Shown: positions 24,440 through 32,000 of the stretch, in pieces
Numbering within the stretch: position 1 is the first letter of the stretch
Layout: each line of letters opens with the position of its first letter
Assembly: GCF_029232205.1 (NCBI RefSeq)
Contig: NZ_CP107255.1
Span: forward strand, 120,001-152,000
Source: Candidatus Saccharimonadota bacterium
Lineage (GTDB): Archaea > Nanohalarchaeota > Nanosalinia > Nanosalinales > Nanosalinaceae
Direction: 5' to 3'
Length of the DNA: 32,000 bases
Made by a program: the position numbers and the translations under genes
Notes under the pieces: generated by a model
What the model was told of the DNA's origin: nothing
Database searches by the model: none
What the model saw: only the letters and a program-made list of their open reading frames with translations

Positions 24440-25154
24440 AAACCTTGAGATAGAGGTACATCAAAACCCGGAAGAATTTCTAGACGGCAACCCTGAAGCC
24501 GAAGAACAACTTGTAAACGTAGCACAAAACGCATTCTCCAAGGAAGGCGTGCCGACAGACGACGACGCCCGCGCACACCTAAGAGTGCCGACCCTGGTCA
24601 CAGCAAAGGACGAAGACGACAACTACGTAGCATTCTCCGGCCTATCCAGAATGGATGACACAGTATACGAGGTAGGTCTCGCAGTAGACCAAAGTCTACA
24701 GGGCAAATGCGTTGGTAGCACGTTGCTCAGTAAAGGAGTGATGGAGGAGGCCGAAGGCGATGAAATATTCGGCTACAGAACTCAGAACCCGAACATGTAC
24801 GCCTGCGCAGACAACTGCTTCGAAGTATACCCACAGCCAGAGGATCATGAAGAGATGATGGAAGAAGTACAGGCCCTGGGAGAAGCAATAGACGACGAAA
24901 AAGAGATGGAAGGCCCAGTCATGAAAGAAGCTTACGCAGATATCTACGATGGGGGCATGTACTCTGAAGTACCGGAAAACAGTGACTTCCAGGAATTTAT
25001 GTATGGAGAAGAAGGCCTCAACATGTCATTCGAAAACGGAGATGCACTCGTAGTAGCAGGAGAAGTATCGGAATCAGAGGCCGCACACAGCCTCGCAAGA
25101 GCAGCAAGAAAATCCGACTACGAATTCACAGAAAGAGGTGAGAGAATCGCATGA
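24426..25154 (+). CDS. GNAT-like acetyltransferase-domain protein with acidic C-terminal extension (242 aa)
   Basis: 'VYEVGLAVDQSLQGKCVGSTLLSKGVMEEA' fits GNAT motif A (Q/R-x-x-G-x-G/A). GTG is the only canonical start after the upstream stop at 24369. The 3' end overlaps the M20 gene start by 4 nt. Confidence 0.4.
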   Translation: MDVFGNLEIEVHQNPEEFLDGNPEAEEQLVNVAQNAFSKEGVPTDDDARAHLRVPTLVTAKDEDDNYVAFSGLSRMDDTVYEVGLAVDQSLQGKCVGSTLLSKGVMEEAEGDEIFGYRTQNPNMYACADNCFEVYPQPEDHEEMMEEVQALGEAIDDEKEMEGPVMKEAYADIYDGGMYSEVPENSDFQEFMYGEEGLNMSFENGDALVVAGEVSESEAAHSLARAARKSDYEFTERGERIA

Positions 25155-26200
25155 AACCCGAAGAACTAACTCAGGAACTCGTAAAACTTCGAACAGTCGA
25201 AGGAAACACTGAAGAAGTAGAGAAAGGCCTTCAAATAGTAGAAAGAGAACTACTAGGCAGCTTCGAAGTACAGAGATTTGAGAAAGAGGGAGAAAAATCG
25301 CTGCTGGCCACAAGAGGAGAACCAGAAATTCTCCTTCACGGCCATATAGATGTAGTAGAAGCTGAAGAATCTCTATTCAATCCTGAGGAGAGAGAAGGTA
25401 AAATTTACGGCAGAGGAACTGCTGACATGAAGGCCGGAATCGCATGCATGATAAAAACACTACAGGAGGCCGAGGTCTCAAACATAGGCCTATTGATAAC
25501 TTCAGATGAGGAAAGAGGAGGATTCAATGGAACAGGTCACGTCTTGGAAGAGACAGGAATCGAACCAGAACTAGCTATCTCAGCGGAGCCAGATGATTCC
25601 GGCCACTTCCCTTCAATAGTCACAAAACAGAAAGGAGTGCTTCAACTAGAACTCAAGGCCTCAGGGAAGAATGCACACGCCTCAAAACCTGAAAAAGGAG
25701 TTAACGCAGCAGAAAAACTACTTCAGGGATATAGCAAGTTTAAGGAAAACTTTGATCACAGCGCAGAGTTCCCAACGACGATCAGCCTGGGAAATATGTC
25801 GGCAGAAGGCCCGGTAAACCAGATCCCAGATGAAGCAGTTATGCAGGTCGATATCAGGTACTCAAAACAGTATCCTGCAGAGGAAATCTTGGGAGATCTG
25901 GAACAAATTCAAGGCCTTGAATACGAAGTGCTTGCGAAAGCACCGATGCTGGAAACTTCAAATGAAAACAGGCTAGTAAAGGCCCTGAAAAAGGAATCTG
26001 AGAAAGTCGCTGGAGAGACACAGTTCCGTAAGGAGAACTTCGCCAGCGATATGAGGTTTTTCACTGAGAAAGGAGTTCCTGCGGTCTGTTTCGGCCCTGA
26101 AGGATACAATCTTCACGCTGAAGATGAGTATGTTGAAGTTGAAAGCATGGAAATTTACTGTGAAATCTTGAAAAACTTTCTACAATCAGAGTTGAAGTAA
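25151..26200 (+). CDS. M20 family metallopeptidase/deacylase (ArgE/DapE/LysK-like)
   Basis: 349 aa with 'LLHGHIDVV', 'GRGTADMKAG', 'ITSDEERGG' and 'SAEPD'. Confidence 0.8.
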   Translation: MKPEELTQELVKLRTVEGNTEEVEKGLQIVERELLGSFEVQRFEKEGEKSLLATRGEPEILLHGHIDVVEAEESLFNPEEREGKIYGRGTADMKAGIACMIKTLQEAEVSNIGLLITSDEERGGFNGTGHVLEETGIEPELAISAEPDDSGHFPSIVTKQKGVLQLELKASGKNAHASKPEKGVNAAEKLLQGYSKFKENFDHSAEFPTTISLGNMSAEGPVNQIPDEAVMQVDIRYSKQYPAEEILGDLEQIQGLEYEVLAKAPMLETSNENRLVKALKKESEKVAGETQFRKENFASDMRFFTEKGVPAVCFGPEGYNLHAEDEYVEVESMEIYCEILKNFLQSELK

Positions 26201-26214
26201 GAGGACGATCAAAA

Positions 26215-27330
26215 ATGCCAGATATTGACCCATGGGGCGACGTAGAAGTCGGAAACTACTCCGAAAAAATGGATAAATTCGGAATTGAACCAATCGAAGA
26301 AGTAGCGGACAGAATGCCAGACCACAGATTCATCCGCAGAGGAATAATATTCGGCCACAGAGGCCTTGACGAATTCCTGGATGCTAGAGAGGAAGGAGAT
26401 GAATTCGCAATGATGACCGGAATCATGCCGTCAGGAGTATTCCACTTCGGCCACAAATGCGTCGTCGACCAGATCAAAATGTACCAGGAAATGGGCGCAC
26501 AGGTCACAATAGCAGCAGCAGACATAGAAGCATACAACACAAGAGAAATGAGTCTGGAAGAGGCCCGAAAACTCGTCGTAGAGGAATACCTGAAAAATTA
26601 TGTGGCTCTCGGAATCGATCTGGAAGATGTAGACTTCTACTTCCAGTCCAAGGCCGGAAATAATCACCTGGCAAGAGCTGCAACATTCGGCCGCTACCTC
26701 ACACAGAACGAAATGGAGGCCACGTACGGTTCTGCAAACCCTGGAAAAATGTCCGCAGCACAGGTACAGTACGCAGACATCCTCAGGCCACAGTTCCCGG
26801 AAAACGGAGGCCCAAAGCCAACAGTTGTGCCTGTAGGAGTCGATCAAGATCCTCACATAAGATTAACCAGGGATGTGGCAAGAAAGTACCGTGATCAGGA
26901 CTTCCAGAAACCTGCTTCAACCTACAATAAATTCATGAGAGGCCTGCAGGGAGGAAAAATGTCCTCCTCCAAACCAAAAAGCTACATCGCACTGACAGAT
27001 GATATTGAAGATGCCAAGAGTAAGATCGACCAGGCCAAGACAGGAGGACAGGACTCACTGGAAGAACACAGAGAAAAAGGCGCCGACGTCGAAGAAGACA
27101 TGGTCTTCGAACTACTGGCCTTCCACCTCATCAAAGACGACGAAGAACTCGCAAGAATCAGAGATGAGTACGAATCAGGAGAAATGCTGTCCGGAGAACT
27201 CAAACAGATCGCAAAAGACAAACTAGAGGACTTCCTGAAAGAACACCAGAGAAAAAGAGAGGAGGCAGCTCCACAGGTTGAACAGTACATAGAGGAGAAC
27301 TTCGAGTTCGATATCAACCCGGAGGCCTGA
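26215..27330 (+). CDS. trpS: tryptophanyl-tRNA synthetase (archaeal type)
   Basis: 371 aa. The N-terminal 'DPWG...YSEKMDKFGIEPI...RRGIIFGHRGLDEFL' is archaeal TrpRS-like. The HIGH motif appears as 'PSGVFHFGH' and KMSKS as 'KMSSSKP'. Confidence 0.85.
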   Translation: MPDIDPWGDVEVGNYSEKMDKFGIEPIEEVADRMPDHRFIRRGIIFGHRGLDEFLDAREEGDEFAMMTGIMPSGVFHFGHKCVVDQIKMYQEMGAQVTIAAADIEAYNTREMSLEEARKLVVEEYLKNYVALGIDLEDVDFYFQSKAGNNHLARAATFGRYLTQNEMEATYGSANPGKMSAAQVQYADILRPQFPENGGPKPTVVPVGVDQDPHIRLTRDVARKYRDQDFQKPASTYNKFMRGLQGGKMSSSKPKSYIALTDDIEDAKSKIDQAKTGGQDSLEEHREKGADVEEDMVFELLAFHLIKDDEELARIRDEYESGEMLSGELKQIAKDKLEDFLKEHQRKREEAAPQVEQYIEENFEFDINPEA

Positions 27331-27363
27331 ACAGTTAAAGGCCTCTAAAACTACATTTCTCTT

Positions 27364-28116
27364 ATGTTGCCGGAGCTTATTCTGAGAGAGGAAAAACAGG
27401 GAAGCCTCAAATACGTAACGCTCCTAGGCCTTCTCTCAGGGCTCACAGGCTACGGAATAGCAAAATTCATTTTTCCCGGCCAGACCGACGTTCTCTCAGT
27501 AGTATTCGCCTCAATTCCGCTCGTATTTCCGTTGACGAAAGTTTTCCTGGAAGACGAGGAAAATGGGAGGCCGCATACTGACGAGGTAGAATTCTACGGA
27601 ACACTATTCCTCGGCCAGTTCATAGCTTTTCTAACACTGGGGCTTCTCAGGCCTGAAGATTTCTCAATGCAGACTGCAGTATTCAGCGAACAGATGACAC
27701 AGCTAGGCCTTACAGGAAACGCAATACTGCCTGACGTCTTCTTCGTCGTAATCTCCAACAATCTAGTACTTTACCTGTCAATTTTCGCAGTAGCAGCAGT
27801 CATAGGTTCTGCAGGAGCATTCATACTCACATGGAATGCCTCGGCCCTTGGAATATTCATGGCACACCTGATCGCAGAGCTCAGAGGATTCTCAGAAATA
27901 CTGCTGGGCGCAGGAAAAACACCCTCTCCAGTAGCATACGTACCACATGCCACACTGGAAATGGCAGGATTCGCAGTAGCAGGAATCTGCGGAAGCCTTG
28001 TATCAGCCGCAGTATACAGAGAACACTTCGACACAGACACCTGGAAAGACCTCACCAAACTGTTTGTCGGCGGCCTACTTCTCATACTGGTCGCAGCACT
28101 TCTCGAATCAGCCTGA
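27364..28116 (+). CDS. SpoIIM/DUF95-family integral membrane protein
   Basis: 250 aa with about 6 TM helices. 'ISNNLVLYLSIFAVAAVIGSAGAFILTWNASALGIF' matches the characteristic NN...G...NG-like core of the SpoIIM family. Confidence 0.5.
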   Translation: MLPELILREEKQGSLKYVTLLGLLSGLTGYGIAKFIFPGQTDVLSVVFASIPLVFPLTKVFLEDEENGRPHTDEVEFYGTLFLGQFIAFLTLGLLRPEDFSMQTAVFSEQMTQLGLTGNAILPDVFFVVISNNLVLYLSIFAVAAVIGSAGAFILTWNASALGIFMAHLIAELRGFSEILLGAGKTPSPVAYVPHATLEMAGFAVAGICGSLVSAAVYREHFDTDTWKDLTKLFVGGLLLILVAALLESA

Positions 28117-28154
28117 ATAAATCTATTTAAGATTCGACTCAGTAAAACCCGACT

Positions 28155-29558
28155 GTGAAACTCTCAAGCCAGGCCATAGACATACTTGAACAGTTGAAAA
28201 AACACGGACGAAGAACTGTAGAGGAACTGGAAAATGAAGGATTCGACCAGTCAATGGTAAACCGTGCTGCAATAGAACTACAGGACAAAGGCCTAGCAGA
28301 AGTAGAGGAAGAAGAAACAGTAACACGCTACCTAACGGAGACAGGAAAAAAAGTAGCAGCAGAAGGCTCACCAGAACACAAACTAATTGAAAGAGTAGAA
28401 GAAGGAGACAAATCGCTCTCCAAACTCCAGGACCTCAACCTCGACGTTGCACTGGGAAAGGCCCGACAGAAAAACTGGATAGAAATACAAGGAGGCTCAG
28501 TAGCCCTCACAGATAAAGGGAAAAACGCACTGGAAGAAGACGACCTCAAGAAAAGACTAAATGAGGAGGACTTCATGCAGGTCCACGAAGACAGAGGCCT
28601 TGTAGAAGCAGAAATAGAAGTAACAAGAATACTGGTCCTAACAGAAAAAGGAGAAGACCTGGAACTTGAAAAAGTCGAAGAAGACTTCAACGTAGAGGCC
28701 CAGGTACAGACACCAAGGATAGGTAAAAAACACTTCTACAAGGAAATCCTCGACTTCGCACAGGAAAAATTCGTGGAAATGGGATTCCAGGAAATGACAG
28801 GAGACTTCATAGTGCCCAGCTTCCTAAACTTCGACGCACTGTACACCGCACAGGACCACCCAGCCAGAGACCTCCACGACACATTCTTCATGAAAACACC
28901 TGAGAAATCCGACCTTTCAGAGTACGGAGACAAAGTGCAGCACGTTAAAGAAACACACGAAGACGGCTGGACAACAGGATCCAAGGGCTGGGGCTATGAC
29001 TGGAGCGAACAAGAGGCCTCAAGAAACGTACTCAGAACACATACAACCGCAGTCAGCGCAAGAAGACTGCACGAAATCGATATTAACGAAGAGGAACTGC
29101 CTAAAAAGCTGTTCTGCATAGGCAGAAACTTCAGGAACGAAACAGTAGACAGAACACACCTCCCAGGATTCATACAGCTAGACGGAATCGTGGTAGGCAA
29201 AAACCTGAACTACAGAAACCTCAAAGGATACCTCAGCGAATTCTTCGAAAAAATGGGGTACGAAGAGTTCCGACTAATCCCATCATACTACCCATACACA
29301 GAAATGAGCACAGAAGTACAGGTATACGACGAGGAAGAAGACGAATGGCTCGGAATGGGAGGCGCAGGCCTCTTCAGACCAGAAGTAGTCAAACCAATGC
29401 TAGGATTCGAAGCAACAGTACTAGCATGGGGACTAGGCCTAGGAAGAGTAGCAATGAAAGCAGCAGAAATTGAAGACATCAGAGAACTTTACAGAAATGA
29501 CATAGAAATACTTGAGGAAACTCCAAAATGGAGGCCTCACAACGGAGGAGAACAATAA
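28155..29558 (+). CDS. pheS: phenylalanyl-tRNA synthetase alpha subunit
   Basis: 467 aa, GTG start. N-terminal winged-helix repeats are followed by class II motifs 'HPARDLHDTFF', 'LRTHTTAVSAR', 'GRNFRNETVDRTHLPGFIQLDG' and 'GAGLFRPEV'. Confidence 0.95.
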   Translation: MKLSSQAIDILEQLKKHGRRTVEELENEGFDQSMVNRAAIELQDKGLAEVEEEETVTRYLTETGKKVAAEGSPEHKLIERVEEGDKSLSKLQDLNLDVALGKARQKNWIEIQGGSVALTDKGKNALEEDDLKKRLNEEDFMQVHEDRGLVEAEIEVTRILVLTEKGEDLELEKVEEDFNVEAQVQTPRIGKKHFYKEILDFAQEKFVEMGFQEMTGDFIVPSFLNFDALYTAQDHPARDLHDTFFMKTPEKSDLSEYGDKVQHVKETHEDGWTTGSKGWGYDWSEQEASRNVLRTHTTAVSARRLHEIDINEEELPKKLFCIGRNFRNETVDRTHLPGFIQLDGIVVGKNLNYRNLKGYLSEFFEKMGYEEFRLIPSYYPYTEMSTEVQVYDEEEDEWLGMGGAGLFRPEVVKPMLGFEATVLAWGLGLGRVAMKAAEIEDIRELYRNDIEILEETPKWRPHNGGEQ

Positions 29559-31205
29559 ATGGCCAACTTGGAGATAGACAAAAGAGAATTCGACCAACTT
29601 GTAGGAGAAAGCATCGACAACCAGAAAATGATAGAAGAAGGCTCAATGCTGGGCGCACACTGGCACCGTATCGAAGGAAACGTATGCGAAGTAGAAACAT
29701 ACCCAAACAGGCCAGACCTACTATCTGTAGAAGGCCTTGCCAGAGCATACAGAGGATTCTTCGACATTGATACAGGAAGAGAAAAATATGACATACAGAA
29801 AGGAGATCTCAAGGTAGAAGTCGATGAATCAGTAGAAGATGTCCGGCCTCACATCGGGGGTGCAGTAGTCAGAGGTCTCGAACTCTCAAAAAAGAAGATT
29901 AACGGCCTGATCCAGCTACAGGAAAAAATGCACGAAACAATGGGCCGCAGAAGAGACAAACTGGCGATAGGCCTGCATGACCTCTCCACAGTAGAAGCGC
30001 CGTTCACATACAAAGCTGTAGAACCGGAAAAAGTCTCATTCAAACCGCTGGAATACGATAAACACATGCAGCTTGGAGAAATTCTGGATGAACACGAAAA
30101 AGGCCAGAAATACGCATGGATTCTGGAAGACGAGGACAGATACCCGATAATTGAGGATTCTGAAGGAAAAGTGCTCAGCTTCCCGCCAATAATCAACAAC
30201 CAGCTGACAGAAGTAGACTCCGAAACAACCGATATCTTCATCGACGTCACAGGAAAACACAGAGAAACAGTGATGAAGGCCCTCAACATCCTCACAACTG
30301 CACTTTCTGAAAGAGGAGGCCAGATAGAATCAGTAACAGTCGACGGAGAAAAAATGCCGGATTTAACGCCTGAAGAAATGGAGCTTGATATCGAATACTT
30401 CAGAGACATCTCAGGCCTTGATCTAGAACCAGAAGAAATTGTCAAAAGACTGGAAATGATGAAGCACGAGGCCAAAAAGAAGGGAGACAAGATCAAAGTC
30501 AAGATTCCGGCCTACAGGAACGATATAATCCACCAGTACGACCTGATCGAGGAAGTTGTGATCGCACACCGGTACGACAATATAGAACCAGAAGTCCCAG
30601 AAGTAGATCAAATGGCCTCAGTAAAACCTATTCAGGACTTCGCAGATAGAATAAGAGATGTAATGACAGGTGCCGGCGCTCTTGAAGCAAATACTTTCTA
30701 CCTCTCCAGCAAGGAAAAAATCTTTGAAATGATGGAGATAGAGGAAAATGAAGTAGCAGAAGTAGCCAACGCATCAGGAGAGGAACAGGAGGTAGTCAGA
30801 AACTGGCTTCTGCCATCACTGTTCCAGACACTGCACGATAACAGGCATCACAGCTATCCACAGACATTCTTCGAAGTATCCGATGTAGTAGAGCTCGACA
30901 ACTCCAGAGTAGGAGCATCCAACAAAAAGAAGATGGCCTACATAGTAACAGGCAATGAAAAAGATTACACGGACGCAAGAGCAATCCTCCAGGTACTGGA
31001 AAGAGATCTAGGCCTTGAATTCGATGTACAGGAAAAATACCGGAGCTGCTTCAAAGAATCAAGATCAGCAGCAGTCTACTTCAAAGACAAGAGGGTAGGA
31101 ATAATCGGAGAGTTCTCAGAAGAAGTTATTGAAAACTGGGAGCTCAGCTATCCTGCAGCAGGCCTTGAACTGGACGTGGAAAAGATCCTTGAACTGAAAG
31201 AGTAA
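29559..31205 (+). CDS. pheT: phenylalanyl-tRNA synthetase beta subunit (archaeal type)
   Basis: 548 aa. The start abuts the pheS stop. It has the B3/B4-domain pattern and 'YRNDIIHQYDLIEEVVIAHRYDNI', typical of archaeal PheT. Confidence 0.9.
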   Translation: MANLEIDKREFDQLVGESIDNQKMIEEGSMLGAHWHRIEGNVCEVETYPNRPDLLSVEGLARAYRGFFDIDTGREKYDIQKGDLKVEVDESVEDVRPHIGGAVVRGLELSKKKINGLIQLQEKMHETMGRRRDKLAIGLHDLSTVEAPFTYKAVEPEKVSFKPLEYDKHMQLGEILDEHEKGQKYAWILEDEDRYPIIEDSEGKVLSFPPIINNQLTEVDSETTDIFIDVTGKHRETVMKALNILTTALSERGGQIESVTVDGEKMPDLTPEEMELDIEYFRDISGLDLEPEEIVKRLEMMKHEAKKKGDKIKVKIPAYRNDIIHQYDLIEEVVIAHRYDNIEPEVPEVDQMASVKPIQDFADRIRDVMTGAGALEANTFYLSSKEKIFEMMEIEENEVAEVANASGEEQEVVRNWLLPSLFQTLHDNRHHSYPQTFFEVSDVVELDNSRVGASNKKKMAYIVTGNEKDYTDARAILQVLERDLGLEFDVQEKYRSCFKESRSAAVYFKDKRVGIIGEFSEEVIENWELSYPAAGLELDVEKILELKE

Positions 31206-31332
31206 AGAAAAAAGAATTTTTGAAGGGTGGATGATGAACCCTGCGGGACCAAACTCTGCCGAGTTTGATCAGCTGAAGGCACAAAAAGTGCCTTTCGGAA
31301 GGGTTTGATTTTTGAGTGCTGACGCCCTGAAA

Positions 31333-31614
31333 TTATTCCTCATCGTTTTCTGAATTGGAATTGTCGTCAGGTTCCTCATGCGGACTCTCATCCTCTTCCT
31401 CTACTGCCACACTGTTTCTATCCTGTACTTCGCTCTCTGTAGGAATAATCAGCCAGGCCACAAGGTAAAGCAGAGGGCTCACTCCGGTAATAATCAGTAG
31501 CAACGTAATTAGGCGTACTACTGAAGGGTCAAAGCCGTAGACCTCAGCAATTCCTCCGCAAATACCGCCAAGGATTCTGTCAGTCTCCGACCGGTAAAGT
31601 CTGTTTTCTGCCAT
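31333..31614 (-). CDS. PspC domain-containing small membrane protein
   Basis: 93 aa. 'LYRSETDRILGGICGGIAEVYGFDPSVVRLITLLLIITG' is the PspC domain plus a TM helix, followed by an acidic tail. Confidence 0.75.
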   Translation of the reverse strand: MAENRLYRSETDRILGGICGGIAEVYGFDPSVVRLITLLLIITGVSPLLYLVAWLIIPTESEVQDRNSVAVEEEDESPHEEPDDNSNSENDEE

Positions 31615-31647
31615 TTTATTTCACACTACAAAGATTATATTCAAGGG

Positions 31648-32000
31648 TTAAATCTGTTCTTCTTCCTCATCAGTTGAGACACGACCTCCCTGCCACTGCC
31701 CCTCGTAATCGCGTACAAGGCCGCCAATAGCTTGTTTAAATACTATCTCGGCAACGCGAGCGCCTTCCTGAATCTCAAAGGTCTGATTGGAAACATTCTT
31801 CAAACCAAAAATCAGAGGCCCCTCATAACCTGGATTCGTATTCGTCCCTTTGAAGTACAGACCGCTTCTCTGCAGAGTACTTCTTGGATAGACATCAGGC
31901 ATCAAATGGGCCTCGGTCCCTCCAACCTCTACAGCATCGCTCGGAACCTCAACAGTCTCACGAGTCTTAATCAAGTAGTAATCGCCAGGCTCAAGAACAA
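31648..32000 (-). CDS. dcd: dCTP deaminase/dUTPase family protein, 5'-truncated by the window edge
   Basis: The frame stays open to nt 32000 ('..LEPGDYYLIKTRETVEVP'), so the TTG at 31974 in the track is probably internal. 'NPGYEGPLIFGLKNVSNQTFEIQEGARVAEIVF' and the C-terminal 'YEGQWQGG' are Dcd/Dut-like. Confidence 0.8.
   Translation of the reverse strand, partial: VLEPGDYYLIKTRETVEVPSDAVEVGGTEAHLMPDVYPRSTLQRSGLYFKGTNTNPGYEGPLIFGLKNVSNQTFEIQEGARVAEIVFKQAIGGLVRDYEGQWQGGRVSTDEEEEQI

Noticed and set aside
1-32000. Looked for mobile elements, integrases, toxin-antitoxin pairs, restriction-modification or other defence genes, rRNA genes, and tRNA introns.
   Set aside because: None could be supported. 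Every ORF over 80 aa is either a recognisable housekeeping gene or an acidic hypothetical protein without diagnostic motifs. Both tRNAs are uninterrupted.

Overview
This is a compact, roughly 90% coding archaeal chromosome segment of about 42% G+C (estimated from sampled lines). The predicted proteins are extremely acidic, spacers are tiny, and TATA-like boxes sit about 27 nt upstream of many start codons, which suggests mostly leaderless mRNAs. Archaeal hallmarks include an initiator tRNA with an A1:U72 pair, EndA, archaeal-type PheRS/AspRS/GlyRS and an RqcH homologue. Together these point to a small-genome, salt-in halophilic DPANN-type archaeon (Nanohaloarchaeota-like); this is inference only. 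The content is almost all housekeeping. It includes a dTMP/dTTP block (long tandem-domain thyX-like gene, glyA, tmk, and dcd at the right edge), smc-scpA-scpB, and five aminoacyl-tRNA synthetase genes (aspS, glyS, trpS, pheS, pheT). It also has pgk, rnhB, endA, an AN1-zinc-finger rhomboid, a divergent PiT-like transporter, an M14/GNAT/M20 trio, tRNA-Leu(CAA), initiator tRNA-Met and one good candidate C/D box sRNA. I saw no transposases, integrases, CRISPR arrays or recognisable defence genes. The signals the gene list does not explain are as follows. (1) The palindrome AGGCCT occurs about 93 times by hand count, against roughly 5-8 expected. It appears in all codon phases, on both strands and in spacers, like a HIP1-style highly iterated palindrome. 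(2) A 15-19 nt motif, GGTGGACGTTTT(T)GG, is present three times within 2.4 kb, as an inverted pair bracketing pgk plus the M14 gene and a third direct copy on the start of the next gene. (3) The SMC is unusually short-armed (847 aa) and has a poly-Ser insertion. (4) A membrane-anchored, sequon-rich protein carries a BPTI/Kunitz-like Cys motif. (5) EndA has Ala at the position of the catalytic Lys. All family assignments come from motif recognition by eye, not from searches.
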